Source of the DNA: Octopus vulgaris
Lineage: Eukaryota
NCBI GenBank assembly: GCA_951406725.2
Contig: OX597827.1
Location: 17,546,001-17,610,000 of the forward strand
Length of the DNA: 64,000 nucleotides
Direction: 5' to 3'
A program made the position numbers and the translations under genes. The notes below the pieces were generated by a model. It was not told the DNA's origin, did no database searches, and saw only the letters and a program-made list of their open reading frames with translations. Positions 40,421-55,759 of this stretch are shown here, in pieces (the first letter of the stretch is position 1; each line of letters opens with the position of its first letter).

Positions 40421-41501
40421 GTGTAAAAAGACACAAGCTGCAACTTTATATTGATTTATTGATTGAAAAATAAATAAATAGATAAGTAGATTTATTGTTA
40501 CCTAGAATACATGTAATGTTTACTGGTAGAATCAAGATTCACATAAAAATTCATGGTTAAACACATACATATGAATGTAGGTTTTTCTGTGAAACAACTA
40601 TTTCATACACATGCACACACACATACACACACACAAGTATATATGTGTGTGAGTGTGTGTGTCTTTGTTTCCGCATTAATATTATCTTATACACTTACAC
40701 ACATATACACATTCGTACTGGTTTCTTCGTTTGCTGGTGAATCTTATCATAGTGGCTATGGTTTGTACAAAATCAGTCCCACTATCTCGTCCTTTAAATT
40801 TGATATTGTGCAACGTACACTATATTTACCAGGATCGAGAATCTGTTTGGAGTCATCTTCTCTTAGGTGAGTCAATAAAGACCTGAAGAGTCTCATTTGT
40901 CCATGGTCTGCTGGGGCGTCTGTAATTGGCCTTCTTCCGGAAACAATTCCGCGATATTCTCAATGAACCATAACGGGGAGCTTGCTCCCTCTCAGAGAAG
41001 ATTTGGAAACAACACTAGCTAGAATGTGGTTCCATGCTCCACAGAAAAAAAAATCTGCAACTCAAGGACCACTGCACCCCACTTATGCATAAACAAACAC
41101 ATACGCATAAACAAACACATATGCATATTCGTATATATCTCTATATGTATATCATAAATATATACAATGCACACGCACATCATTGGGCCACGCGCAAACA
41201 ATTGTACATACACTATTCCAACAAGCACACGTCAACCTCTACGCACAAGCGTTTACGCACACAACACACACACACACGCTTGATAGCCTCACAGAAGTAC
41301 TATACAAACACACATATACATATACGTACATACATACATACATACACACACGCTCCCATACGCACATAATAAGCTCAACCGTACATACTTTCTGCCGAAG
41401 AACACAGGATCTAGATGTCAAAGACTTCCATTCTTCCTGAGCGTCAAACTAATACACCTCTTCGTCTTTTCTTTTCTGTAAAATTGAAATATATAATATA
41501 C

Positions 41502-41587
<86 letters not shown>

Positions 41588-43364
41588 ATTTAGGAATGGT
41601 CATTTTGCCAGTTTAGCCAATAAATATATAAACGTGTGTATATATATACAAAATCGAAAACACAAACATAGAGTATCAATGTTTTTAGTTCGTGGGTCGG
41701 CTGCTGTTTTCAGTCATATTCCAGCTGCTTCTATCTCATATTTGAATTTTTTCCGTAGCATGAAACGCTTGGGACATGTCAGCTGATGGTATCTAAACCA
41801 TTTAGCATATAGTCATAGTCGGCGATATAGCTTGCACCGGGCTTGTTTTGTATGCGACATTGATAAGACAAAACAATGATGAAACATGGATTACTTTCGC
41901 TCCAAAAAAGACAACCTGACGCGAGTTGTTTCGATGACTGTGACCTACGCCTAAAACTGCAGACGACCCACGACTTAACAACACACATACCCTGGGTACG
42001 TTTATATACATCGACCTGCTTCTAATTTATGTTTGAATCACCTCTTTTGTGTATCAATGTACACTAATTTTATATGAAAAACGTGTTGTCTATTGACTCT
42101 TTTATACATGATAGCCGCCGGTAGAAAATTCATCCAATTTTTCTACCCTATATATATATGTATTCTTGACATCATTTTCGTAACTTTGAAGACAGTTGGC
42201 ATATATATTTTTATTTGCTGCCGACTATAACTGCGATTGCGCGGCGGATTTGAACAATTATAATGTATATAGATGGAACATGTGCTGTCTATAATGTCCC
42301 ATAAATATATATTAATTGTAGTGCCCATACTGAAGAGAACATGGATGGCAAATTATTTTATTTGTTCATTGATGCTCGAAACCTAGGTACATATGTTAAC
42401 TGAGGTCAATGTAATCAACAAGTTCCCTGAATAATATTCCAGGTGATGTGCATATAATAAACATTATATCAGTTGTGGTTACGTACGTTGTAATGTTTCC
42501 AGTTGTCGAGATGGTTGTGATTGTTTTGAGGGTCGAAATGAATATGATAATTGTCCTGGTTGCGATGGCCTTGCTAGCTGTAACGGTCGCAATCGTTTCA
42601 GTAATATTGTCATTGTTGTACCGGGTATGATGTTTGTGAGATTTGTGATGGCTTGGGTCTTGTTCTGTTGTTTGTGATGGCTGGATGTAATAACTGTGAT
42701 AATTGTACTGGGTTATGTTAGCATTGCTAATTGGGATGTTTCTAATGGTTTGTGCCATTTGCGATGCCCGGCGAATGCTGTGATGATACTGATGGTTGCG
42801 GTCGGTGTGCGAAGGTTATGATGTTTTGCGTTGACTGCGACGATTGTAGTGGTTTGTCATGGTTGTAATAATGATTGTTTACGTCGTGTTGTTTGTGGTT
42901 GTTATGATGGTTGTGGTGGCTGTAACGATTGCCTTAATTGTGATGCTATTAAGACATTAATGGAATGGTGATGCTCTTCCGCTAACGAAGGCGACGCTTT
43001 AATGTGAAAGCCAAAACAACATCAATAAAAATGATGATGATGATGATGATGATGAAGATGACGACAACGACAAATACAATAACATCAACAACAAAAACAG
43101 CAAGCTCTAATGAAAATAATTGTCTACTTTGATTTGCTCTGTTGGCAAATCGTTCCACGAAATAATTAGTCGGCATGACTGGAGTTGCAGTCAGTATGAC
43201 GTGAGAATAATCCAAATTTAATTAAAATTCCTCAGTAATTACGAACAAATGTGACAAGCGGACGGACAAACGAAGAGACAGTCAGACAGATATGAGGCAG
43301 TTACGCACACAACATACATCCTCGTGCGCGCGCATACATACATGAATATGAAATACATATATAT

Positions 43365-44035
<671 letters not shown>

Positions 44036-44079
44036 CACACTGTTATATGTTTGCTTACATATATGTATATATATACACA

Positions 44080-45742
44080 CAGGGTGTCCCAAAACTTGTA
44101 CACACATACTGAATGATTACGCAATCATTGTTTATCAAAATAGATTTCATTGTCGAAATTTAATTGAATCAACAGACAGAATTTAATTTTTTATGAATGC
44201 CTGATTTCAAAGTGTTGACCATTCTGGTACAGGCGCTGCAGATAATGCAGAGCAAAGCTATGGCAAACATCAAGAAACATTTTGTCTGGTACTTGTGCGC
44301 ATTTCTTGTTCAATGGCTACCGTCCATTCATCGACTATTACTGTTTTTGTTACGCAAGCTTTATCTTTTAAGTATCCCCATTAAGAGTAGTCTAAATGTA
44401 CGACTTCTGTTGAAAGCAAAAAGTATTTTACTGAATCTCTTATTTAATCTACCTGTTTGGTAATATCGGTTGTGTGGTTGTCTGTATCTTATTTCTATGT
44501 CGCCCACAAGGGGCTACACATTGAGTGGACAAACAAGCACAGACAAAGGAATTAAGTAGATTACATCGAACCCCAGTGTGTAACTGGTACTTAATTTATC
44601 GACCCCGAAAGGATGAAAGGCAGAGTCGACCTCGGCGGAATTTGAACTCAGAACATAACGGCAGGCGAAATACCTATTTCTTTACTACCCACAAGGAGCT
44701 AAACACAGAGGAGACAAACAAGGACAGACAGACGGATTAAGTCGATTATATCGACCCCAGTGCGTAACTGCTACTTAATTTATCGATCCCGAAAGGATGA
44801 AAGGCAAAGTCGACCTCGGCAGAATTTTAACTCAGAACGTAACGGCAGACGAAATACTGCTAAGCATTTCGCTCAGCGTGCTAACGTTTCAGCCAGCTCG
44901 CCGCCGTGTGGTGGTTTGTATCTTGTTGGAAATTAAATTCCACATCTTTAATGAAATCTGAAATGCTGAGCATGACAGATTGTCGCAGCAAATTCAAGTA
45001 CATGGGACCAGTTGCAGTACCGTCAAAAAAGTATGATTCAATTCTTTCGATGATCAACCGCACCATTCATTAACTCTTAGCAAATTAGCAAATGTTCCTC
45101 CACAATATACCAGATTCTCAGGTTCCCAGTCGTTCAGATGTGGCGCTTAATTGACCCATGTAGTTTAAACCTACCTACATTACTGCCGACAACACTTTTG
45201 GAAAATGGGCATCTTGTGCACATCTTCCAAGGGCTATTCACAAAACTCCGATCTTCAGTCCAGATCATCGTCTTAAAAGCATGGGCTGTTCTCAGAATGT
45301 GCCTCTTCCAATGACAGTGTCCGAAATACAATGGACACTAAATTTTGAAATTCCTATCCCAACACTCGCTTACCGCGGAGATTTTGGTGAACTCTGGTGA
45401 TATGTTTCCGGTAGTATTTCTTGCTTTGTGGGGTTCTTCAATACTCAGGTTCTTCCGGAACGTATTATGTGGATAATCGAATGATTTTCATCTGCTTCAA
45501 ACTCATCTCTTATTCTAATGATGCTAAAATCACACAAGTGGGTCCCTTTGAAAGTACATGCTAAACTGTCTTTGTAATCCGATTGCATTTTCAAACTCCC
45601 GGTTGCACTTTAGGATAAATTTCCTTTGCTCAAATCTTAATCTAGTTTCTTTCATTATTTCTGATACATTAAATCTAAAATAAAATGAATCCTAAGCGAC
45701 TATGTAGCTGTTAAAGTGTGGAAAAGTTTTTGACACAGGTTG
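44080..45742 (-). mobile_element. Decayed Tc1/mariner-superfamily transposon interrupted by a SINE
   Basis: End CAGGGTGTCCCAAAACTTG with a degenerate partner at ~45715-45742. Minus frames give FKLHGSIKRH, YFFDGTATG.MYLNLL...FQQD..HH and WGYLKDK, all typical DDD transposase motifs. Confidence 0.8.
44489..44905 (-). mobile_element. SINE family C nested in the mariner element
   Basis: Two internal units; homologous to 14026-14657. Confidence 0.85.
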
Positions 45743-45806
45743 TATACATATTTATATACATCCATCCATATATATACATATATAAAATACATAAATATAT
45801 ATATAT

Positions 45807-45863
<57 letters not shown>

Positions 45864-45904
45864 CATATGCAATTTAAAATGCGTATATATTATATAAATA
45901 TCTT

Positions 45905-46003
<99 letters not shown>

Positions 46004-46871
46004 TATTATCCAAGAAATGTAAAAGATGTATTTGTGTTATGAAAAGGAATGGGAGAGTAAACATGCACATACATATACACACACATATATACATATATAT
46101 ATATATACATTATTGTACACATACATATAAATAAATAAATACATATATATATATATATATATATAAGCATATTCATAGATATATCACTTTTAGTGAATGT
46201 AAATATTACGCTAGCATAGTGCTGGGTGTGAAATTCATTAGACTACGTCTGGGTACTGTACAACTTCATTTTGCAATGCTGTGCTAAAAGCAGAGATCGC
46301 ATGTATACACTTATGAAGCACGTCTCAGGAGAGACAACCTAATATATCTCAAAGTAGATCTCACAATACGTAAAGAAGAAGTGCAGATTGTAAATAATAA
46401 GCTGCTAAAGTTCCTACTTTAGTATCGAAGAAATGTAAAAGATGTAGGATATGTTATGAAAATGAACGGAAGAGTAAAGCAAGTCTCTCTAATTTCATTA
46501 CAGTCTCTGAAACATTGTTTAGAAATAGCTATGTATATATATAAATGTACAGAGTGTGTTCGAAAATGTCTTCCCGTTCCCAGTAAAGATGGAAGCTGTG
46601 TTTTCATATAACGAATGATTTTACCATTTCTTTTTAGTTACCAGTGTGATTTGGGCCGTGTGCTATTGTAAAGGTTTCGCAAACTATAAAATGTGAGTAT
46701 TTGTGTTTTTGTCGCACCCTCTATGTGACTACGCACACATGCACATCCACACACTTACACACACGTACACTACCACACACACGTCCATATATGCATATCT
46801 GTGTACGTATTCATAAGTGCACATACAGCCACACTCTCAGATATACGTGTGCTTATGTGTGTGTATTTACA

Positions 46872-46904
<33 letters not shown>

Positions 46905-46905
<1 letters not shown>

Positions 46906-47201
46906 TGCCCAGTGGTTAGGGCAGCGGACTCGCGGTTGTAGGATCGCGGTTTCGATTCCCAGACCGGGCGTTGTGAGTGTTTATTGAGTGAAAACACCTA
47001 AAAGCTCCACGAGGCTCCGGCAGGGGGTGGTGGTGATCCCTGCTGTACTCTTTCACCACTCTTTCTCTCACTCTTTCTTCTGTTGGCCTGCTCGCTTAGC
47101 CAGCGGGGTGGCGTCATTCGAAGGCTAAAACAATGCGAACGCATTGTGACCAGCGATGTGTAACAACATCTGATGGTCTGGTCGGTCACGTGATCACGTG
47201 A

Positions 47202-47203
<2 letters not shown>
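46905..47203 (+). mobile_element. SINE with a B-like head and a different tail
   Basis: Head CAGTGGTTAGGGCAGCGGACTCGCGG; tail ...GGTCACGTGATCACGTGAT. Confidence 0.75.
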
Positions 47204-47253
<50 letters not shown>

Positions 47254-48278
47254 AGAGACAGAGAGAGAGAGATAAGGGTTGAAGTTATTGAATACTGTCT
47301 TGATATTTCGTACTGCTATTTCAGAGTATTGCAAGAAAAATAAAGAAACGATGGTGTCCTATAGATGTTAGAAGACGTGGTATTTGGCATGAATTAGGAA
47401 TTAGAGTGTCGGATGTACTTTAGTTGAAATGGCGAGAAAATGAGTCCGAATATCGTGGAAGGATACATTTCATAAAGGTATTGCGATTAGACCACAGATC
47501 AGGTATTTTCTTTATTTTTTAAAGATTATTTGAATTATAGAATATATTTAAAAAGGTTATTAAAATTTCATGTCATTATACAGCCATGTTGTGAAAGAGA
47601 TATTAGTATAAAGATTTAAAATTTGAAAACCGAAGTTTTAGCGAAGTTTAACTAAATATCTGTATGCCTCATTATTCAAAATTTATATTAATATTGCAGG
47701 ATGTTTCTGTTGGCTGAGAGAAGCGAAAATATAAAAATATATTGAAAGCACTTGAATTAATCTTATATGTTGCCATGCCAACAAATGTATTTTCGATGTT
47801 TATGATTGAGAGATTGCCAAGGCAAACATGACAGAAAGTCGCGAAAAGGTATACATAGAGATTAACAAATGTCTAAAACAACGCAAAAAGAAATCAAAAG
47901 CTTAGATTGATTTTATATTGCACTGATCTATACGAATGTATATGGGTGTGTATGTATTTTAAAAAATGGTAACAGAATAGACTGAAAAAAAAAAACTATG
48001 AATGATAAATGGATGGCAATAATGAAATAGAATATAAGAGATAATTATGAAAATGGAAGATATATTAAAGAAAACTACCGATAATTTTTGTGTTTCGTGA
48101 ATATTTGGAATCAATTGGCACCTTCTGTATCTATGTATACCATTGGAATTACTCCTTCAAGGAATCTCTGTGCGTGTGTATATGCGTGTGTATGTGCGTG
48201 TGTATGTGTGTGCGTATATATATATATATATATACACATACATGCATACATATATACATACATTCATTTATACATAGA

Positions 48279-49717
48279 ATAGCACAATGACCCGGCGTTG
48301 CCGGATCTAGTGCTAGTCCTTGTTGTTCGTTGCCGCGTCGCAGTAAAGATTTCTCACTAAAGCAAGAGCTAAGATTCTTATCACATTTCAGCCTGGGCCA
48401 GTTTTGTTGTTTATGAGCTAATTGGAGCTTTTTATGAGACTAATTAATATTCATTGGTCTTGGGTTTTCACACCTGGAACGGCATAATCATGGAAAATTA
48501 GCGGGACTGTGTACATGTCATTAGTCGGACAAAAAAGGAGGCAGAAGAAAACGAAAAACTTGAATTTAGCCGCAAAATAGCATGATTTTGAAAATACAAA
48601 TAAATCTCGTTTGTTGAATTTCGGTTTCACACCCAACCAAGTTCTGCGCAATCAGTGTCGCGACGGAAACGCATGGGTTGGGAGTTTGACTGGCAGAGAT
48701 TATCAAGTTGCACATGCCAGCCCTATTGACCCCACCCCTTCACCTAACCCCCTCGTCCTATGAGTGAATAGCAATGGTGTGAAGAAAAGTACTGATTCCG
48801 GAGAAAAGGCAGAGCAATTAGAGCACAAAAAAACAGCATTCAGAGTGATTTTATGAGTATGACGCATTGAAGCAAGTGACGCAGTAAGGTCAATAGTTAT
48901 AAGTTCATGACGCATAGAAGCACGTAAAACATCAAGGTTAACTAAGGTATAAATAACAGGTATGCCTTTTCGCTGGAAGGCTAATTGGGCTCCCGATGCA
49001 CTGAAACGGAGGAGATTAAGTCTAGAACACAACTAAGCCTTCAACTAAAACCTAGACTAACCTTACGGAAGTGGGCTCGAGAGCTTCTAATAGGCAGGTT
49101 CTAATCCCGATCTGTCACTAACCTACCCTAAGGATTCTAAATGACATGGCTGTAGAGGAAATTGGCTGTGGAGATGTGCATGGCGGGTTTGTTTCGGAGG
49201 AGGATGACTGCATTGGATTAAGGACCATTGAAGAATGTAGTTTGGAGATCATAACTCGTTAATTATTCCCTACATTTCTCAGATCAAAGAAGCGTTCACG
49301 TTTGAAAGTCAAAACACATGATAACGCGTCTTCGCAAAATACAAAAATGTGCTGAGTCCTACAGATTGTCTGCTAATGCGCACGCGCATTCATCTGTCAA
49401 GGGTAAAATTGTCTCTGTCCAATTAAAAAACAGCTGGCAGTCTATTGGCGTATCTAGATGTACGCTCGCACCGCGTACAAATTTCTATGTTTTAGCGATT
49501 TTGAATGGATATGCCAATAACTTATGGGCATGAAGGGTCGGTTTATCGATTTTTTAATGGCTTCCTGGAGTGAATGGGGAAATGAAAAGGTCTTCATGAC
49601 CGCCCTCAGATGGTTTTGAAAGCTCATAGAAAATGCGAGCCTTTTACGTGAAAAACTGTGGATTTGCATAAAGGACACACAGACACACATATATTTTGCC
49701 GCTTATAGATGCAGAGA
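48279..49717 (-). mobile_element. Probable ~1.4-kb non-autonomous Helitron
   Basis: Minus-strand 5' end A|TCTCTGCATCTATAAG; 3' hairpin CCGGCAACGCCGG then CTAT. Linking the two ends is inferred. Confidence 0.5.
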
Positions 49718-49764
49718 TACATACATACAAACAAACAAACAACATACATACATACATACATACA

Positions 49765-49832
<68 letters not shown>

Positions 49833-50124
49833 TATAGATATATATAACTTCGGATGTGAGTGAAAGAAAGTTTACCATAAAACGCACCGTCTGAAGGAAC
49901 CAGCCATGGCATTTTACTTAGAGAAATACGGTGTCTGCCTGGATATTATATCGCTCCTCTTACTAAGTTTCACCTCTACGATCTCCAGACATGTGAAATG
50001 TCAAGATAAATACTTATAAACGTCTTCACTCGGTATCGAGTTCTCTTTCTTCATTCTTATTTACGCGTACACATGCAAATGCTCTCCTATGTATATGTAT
50101 ATATATATGCATATTCATATACAC

Positions 50125-50508
50125 TTTATTTTTTCCTTGTTTCAGCCATTTGGCTGCGGCCATGATGGAGTACCACTTTAAAGAGTGTTAGTCGCAGAAA
50201 GCGACCAGACGACTTATTATTTGTAAGCCTATTACTTATTCTATCGGTGTCGTTTGCCGAAGCGCTCAGTTACGGGGGACATGAATGAAGGGACAAACAC
50301 AAACACACACACACACACACAAATATATACTTATAAATCTTGTATACGACGAGCTTCTTCCATTTTCCGTCTACCAAATCCACTCACAAGGTTTTGATCG
50401 GCCCGAGAATATAGTAGAAGAGACTTACCCAAGTTGCCACACAGTGGGACTGAATCCAGAGCCCTGTGGCTGGGAAGCAAGCTTCTTACCACACAGCCAT
50501 GCCTGCGC
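50125..50508 (-). mobile_element. SINE family A, variant subfamily
   Basis: Shares diagnostic changes with 61503-61835. Confidence 0.8.
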
Positions 50509-50855
50509 TTGATAAACATATGTATATTTACTTAACGCTACATTCAATATTTCCCACCTGTGCGATCTCCAGTTTCACCTGTGTTTCAGCTCAAAGTTTC
50601 ACCTGTGCGATCGTCAGACAAATGAAATTTCAAAATATGTAAATAAATATAAACGTCTCCACTCGGTACCTAGTTCTCTGTCTTCATTCTTAATTACGTA
50701 TGCACACGCACACGTACATGCACCCCTACATGCACATAAATATACTCCTAAACCCACACGCGCACACAAATACACGCATGTCATTAAATCGCGAAAGCGG
50801 TTCAATGACAGTTAATTTGTGGTAGTAATTGCAGCATTAAGAAGATATAATTCAT

Positions 50856-51277
50856 AGGCGCAGGAGTGGCTGTGTGGTAAGTAGCTTGCTTACCAACCAC
50901 AAGGTTCCGGGTTCAATCCCACTGCGTGGCATCTTGGGCAAGTGTCTTATGCTATAGCCCCGGGACGACCAATGCCTTGTGAGTGGATTTGGTAGACGGA
51001 AACTGAAAGAAGCCTGTCGTATATATGTATATATATATATGTATGTGTATGTGTGTGTATATGTTTGTGTGTCTGTGTTTGTCCCCATAGCATTGCTTGA
51101 CAACCGATGCTGGTATGTTTACGTCCCCGTCACTTAGCGGTTCGGCAAAAAGAGACCGATAGAATAAGCACTGGGCTTACAAAGAATAAGTCCCGGGGTC
51201 GATTTGCTCGACTAAAGGCGGTGCTCCAGCATGGCTGCAGTCAAATGACTGAAACATGTAAAAGAGTAAAAGAGTAA
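50856..51277 (+). mobile_element. SINE family A, full length
   Basis: Consensus match. Confidence 0.9.
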
Positions 51278-51567
51278 GTACAAAATGAAAGAACTTATTG
51301 AAATAAGCTATTGCAGTTTATATACAGCAATAAATTATACATTGACATAAATGTACTTTTGTTATAAAATATAGATTAATATCGACGGAAAGAGCGTAGG
51401 AAATATTTTGTTATAGAAAGAAAAGGGAAATGAGATTAGTCGAGAATAAAAGGAATTCGTTTATGAAATGTCATGTTTATTGGAAAATTGGGAGCAGGAA
51501 TTTTTCGTAGTAAAAGTTTTGTTTAGTCGAACGTAATAATACGTAGACGATATATATGTCTGTTAGT

Positions 51568-51859
51568 GGAGGCACATGGCCTAGTGGTTAGAGCAGCGGA
51601 CTCGCAGTCGAGGGATCGCGGGTTCGAATCTCAGACCGGGCGATGTGTGTGTTTATGAGCGAAAACACCTAAGCTCCACGCGGCTCGGCCGAAGGTAATG
51701 GCGAAACTTCTGCTGGCTCTTTCTCCACGACTTTCTCTCACTCTTTCCTCCTGCATCTTGCAACGGACCGGCGTCTCGTCCAGGTGGGGAACCTAAACGC
51801 CAAGAAACTGGGAAACCGGCCCTTATGAGCCAGGCATGGCTCGAGAAGGAATAAAAAAA
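51568..51859 (+). mobile_element. SINE family B with 13-bp TSD
   Basis: atatgtctgttag on both sides. Confidence 0.9.
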
Positions 51860-52019
51860 ATATGTCTGTTAGGATGGAAGTTACTAATATATTTATGTGT
51901 ATATTCAACATTTAAATAGAATACTTCTTACTTATTTGTAAATTGTACGATATATACGTACATATGTATACAAAGACATATATATGTGCATGTATGTGTA
52001 TATATGTTTATGTATGTAT

Positions 52020-52247
52020 ACTCCTTACTCTTTTTCTCTTTTACTTGTTTCAGTCATTTTACTATGGCCATGCTGGAGCACCACCTTTAGTCGAGCAAAT
52101 CGACCCCAGAACTTATTCTTTGTGAGCTTAGTACTTATTCTATCTGTCTAATTTGCCGAACCGCTAAGTTACGGTGACGTAAACACACCAGCGGCGGTTG
52201 TGAAGCCATGTTTGGGGGCGGACAAACACAGACACACAAACATACAC

Positions 52248-52319
<72 letters not shown>

Positions 52320-52654
52320 GGGAATTATTACACATAAATGCCTCACACTAAGAGGGACTAAGTCATTACTACCAAAATTATACTAATCATACCCAAATGC
52401 AGTTTTTCAAAGCAAGACATTTAAAAAAATGAATTTGGGTATGATTAGTATAATTTTGGTAGTAATGACTTAGTCCCTCTTAGTGTGAGGCATTTATGTG
52501 TAATAATGCCCTCTATACAATATAGATATAATTAATTTGTTCAAAAGAAAAAAATTATTTTCGAATTCTTTTCTTTTATGAGGTTTTCACGCTAACTACC
52601 CGATAATTTCTTGTTAAGATTCCTTATTAAGAGGTTATCCTTAATTGTTAAACT

Positions 52655-52688
<34 letters not shown>

Positions 52689-52853
52689 TACGACGGGCTT
52701 CTTTCAGTTTCCGTCTACCAAGTCCACTCACAAGGCTTTGGTCGACCCGAGGCTATAGAAGAAGACACTTACCCAAGGTGAAATGCAGTTGGACTAAAAC
52801 CGGACACATGTGGTTGGTAAGCAAGCTACTTACCACTCAGCCACTCCTGCGCC
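52020..52853 (-). mobile_element. SINE family A split by an insertion in its internal TA repeat
   Basis: Tail half at 52020-52265 and head half at 52690-52853. Confidence 0.8.
52324..52507. repeat. Fold-back/MITE-like inverted repeat, perfect 75-bp arms with a 34-nt spacer
   Basis: 52324-52398 is the reverse complement of 52433-52507. Confidence 0.88.
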
Positions 52854-53490
52854 TATATGTATATATAATATAAATTTATGTTCATGTATATATATATATA
52901 TGTGTGTGTGCGTCTCTGTGTGTCTATATATATACATATATACATACACATATATATATATATATATATGTATCCATGTGTGTGTGTGTGTGCGTGTGTG
53001 TATACGAATCGATCTGCAACTGTAAATTTGTTGAGCAATGCAGTAAACAACAGCCATAACACGTCTAGCTATTCCCATACAACATGTATGGAAATGTATT
53101 GTATTTTTCACAACTCACACTTTATTTAATAAGGTTATTTACATAGACAAAAACGAACTACCATTGCTTATGTGATTATTACATTAAAGCCTAAACCCAT
53201 TTGTATTTTAAATTCAATATTTACCCAGATACACTACTGACTTCTGTTCTAACACCCAGAGACCTCTATACGACGTATATATATATATAATTAGATTGAA
53301 CTCAACAAATATTTCTATTACTGTACTAATTTCCTGTGAATTAACCTCACATGCTTATATTTAGTTTGTTTTTTTTTTGTTTTTTTCTCCCTCGAAGATT
53401 CGTATTTTTCTTTCCATTCACTGGCGCGAAATTTTTCTTGTAATAATATTCTGAAGTAAATAACATTTAAACATCTTCACTGGGTATCTA

Positions 53491-53540
<50 letters not shown>

Positions 53541-53968
53541 GGCGCAGGAGTGGCTGTGTGGTAAGTAGCCTGTCTACCAACCACATGGTTCCGGGTTCAG
53601 TCCCACTGTGTGGCACCTTGGGCAAGTGTCTTCTACTATAGCCTCGGGCCGACCAATGCCTTGTGAGTGGATTTGGTAGACGGAAACTGAAAGAAGCCCG
53701 TCGTATATATGTATATATATATATATGTATGCGTGTGTGTGTTTGTGTGTCTGTGTTTGTCCCCATAGCATTGCTTGACAACAGATGCTGGTGTGTTTGT
53801 GTCCCCGTCACTTAGCGGTTCGGCAAAAGAGACCGATAGAATAAGTACTGGGCTTACAATAGAATAAGTTCCGGGGTCGAGTTGCTCGATTAAAGGCGGT
53901 GCTCCAGCATGGCCGCAGTCAAATGACTGAAACAAGTAAAAGAGTAAAGAGTAAAAAGAGTAAAGAGT
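53541..53968 (+). mobile_element. SINE family A, full length
   Basis: Consensus match. Confidence 0.9.
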
Positions 53969-53984
53969 ATATATATAGCAAAAA

Positions 53985-54022
53985 CTGTCTGATGAACGGC
54001 AACGAGAAACTCAGAGTAACAG
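53985..54022 (+). ncRNA. Minimal type I hammerhead ribozyme motif
   Basis: ctgt-CTGATGA-a cg GCAA cg a-GAAA-ctc a gag-TA-acag; canonical core, GNRA-capped stem II, GUA triplet. Confidence 0.65.
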
Positions 54023-54055
54023 ATTTTGTTGAATTTTCTGCTGCTTAAAATAAAG

Positions 54056-54152
<97 letters not shown>

Positions 54153-54187
54153 ATATATGTATGTGTGTATGTATGTATGTATGTATG

Positions 54188-54246
<59 letters not shown>

Positions 54247-54565
54247 GTATACATTTATTCATGAATATATGTTTATATATACATACACATACATAAACAT
54301 ATACATATATACATACATGCATCTAGTATATATATATATACATATATACATACCATATATGAGAGTATGTGTGTATTTATGTAATATACAATTTGTATAT
54401 GTATGTAAATATAGAATAGCCGTAGCGTGGCTGGGTAGTAAGAAACTTGCTTCCCGGTTCAGTCCCACTACGTGGCACCTTGGGTAAGTGTCTTCTATTA
54501 TAGCCTCGGGCCGACCAAAAACTTGTGTGTGGATTTGTTTGACGGAAACTGAAAGAAGCCCGTCG

Positions 54566-54627
<62 letters not shown>

Positions 54628-54682
54628 TGTGAGTGTGTGTGTGTGAGTGTGTGTGTATTTGTGCATACGTCTGTGTCTGAAA

Positions 54683-54900
54683 AGGAAGGAGCACACGACT
54701 TGATATGTATAAAGAAAATAAAACAAGGTAGAAAATGCTAAAATAATTTCATCTTGAAGAACATTTTAGTACCGGTTTCAGCTTTTGAGACTTTTTCAAC
54801 TTAGAGTAAAATATGAATAACAATTAAACTGAGAAAATATTAAAAGAAATGTTTTTGTTTTAAATATTTCCATAGTTTTCAAATCGAAGGGACATTTTCT
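54683..54900 (-). mobile_element. Diverged copy of the 18550-19040 pLTR-like element
   Basis: Shared end GGAAGGAGCACACGACTTGATAT and hammerhead-like motif at 54768-54801 (TTGAAAA...GAAAccggTA). Confidence 0.6.
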
Positions 54901-55082
54901 TTTTTTCTATCACTATTGGATTACTATGCTGGTTCGCTAATCAGGTCTGCTAGAGTGATAGTCACATGATTCAATTAATCCATATATTACACTACAAATA
55001 TATATGCATATATCTATATACATAAATATAATATATTATATATATTATATATATACATATATATATAGATATATAGATAGAT

Positions 55083-55143
<61 letters not shown>

Positions 55144-55147
55144 TATG

Positions 55148-55195
<48 letters not shown>

Positions 55196-55357
55196 TGAGA
55201 GGGACTTATTTCCGTTTCCGCCACTCGACCCTCCAAAAATACTCACAAGGCTTGGTCGGTCCGGGGCTATAGTAGATGACATGCAGTGTGACTAGCAATT
55301 AGAGCGAGATTATTTACAGCAAAGCAATCTATCAGATATCATAACCTCTCTGCCAAT

Positions 55358-55685
55358 TGGCGTATAGGAGCACTCCGTCGGTTACGACGACGAGGGTCCC
55401 AGCTGATACGATCAACGGAACAGCTTGCTCGTGGAATTAACGTGCAAGTGACTGCAATCCACAGACACGTGTACCCTTAACGTAGTTCTCAGGAAGATTC
55501 AGCGTGACACAGAGTGTGACAAGGCCGGCCCTTTGAAATACAGGTACAACTCATTTTGGCCAGCTGAGTGGACTGGAGCAACGTGAAATAAAGTGACTTG
55601 CTCAAGGACACGACGCATCGCCGGGAATCGAACTCGCAACCTTACAATCGTGAGCCGAATGCCCTAACCACTAAGCCACGCACCT
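55358..55685 (-). mobile_element. SINE with a D-like head/body and the shared tail
   Basis: Head GCGTGGCTTAGTGGTTAGGGC, body TTGAGCAAGTCACTTTATTTCACGTTGCTCC, tail as at 29985. Confidence 0.8.
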
Positions 55686-55702
55686 TCATTGGCGTATGTA
55701 TG

Positions 55703-55759
<57 letters not shown>

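Noticed and set aside
40700-41060. Coding exon or third paralogue
   Set aside because: Stops interrupt the candidate frames and neither family motif is present.
42396-42960. Thr-rich (minus) or Cys/Val-rich (plus) coding region
   Set aside because: Degenerate GTT/GAT trinucleotide low-complexity sequence with stops and no convincing splice sites.
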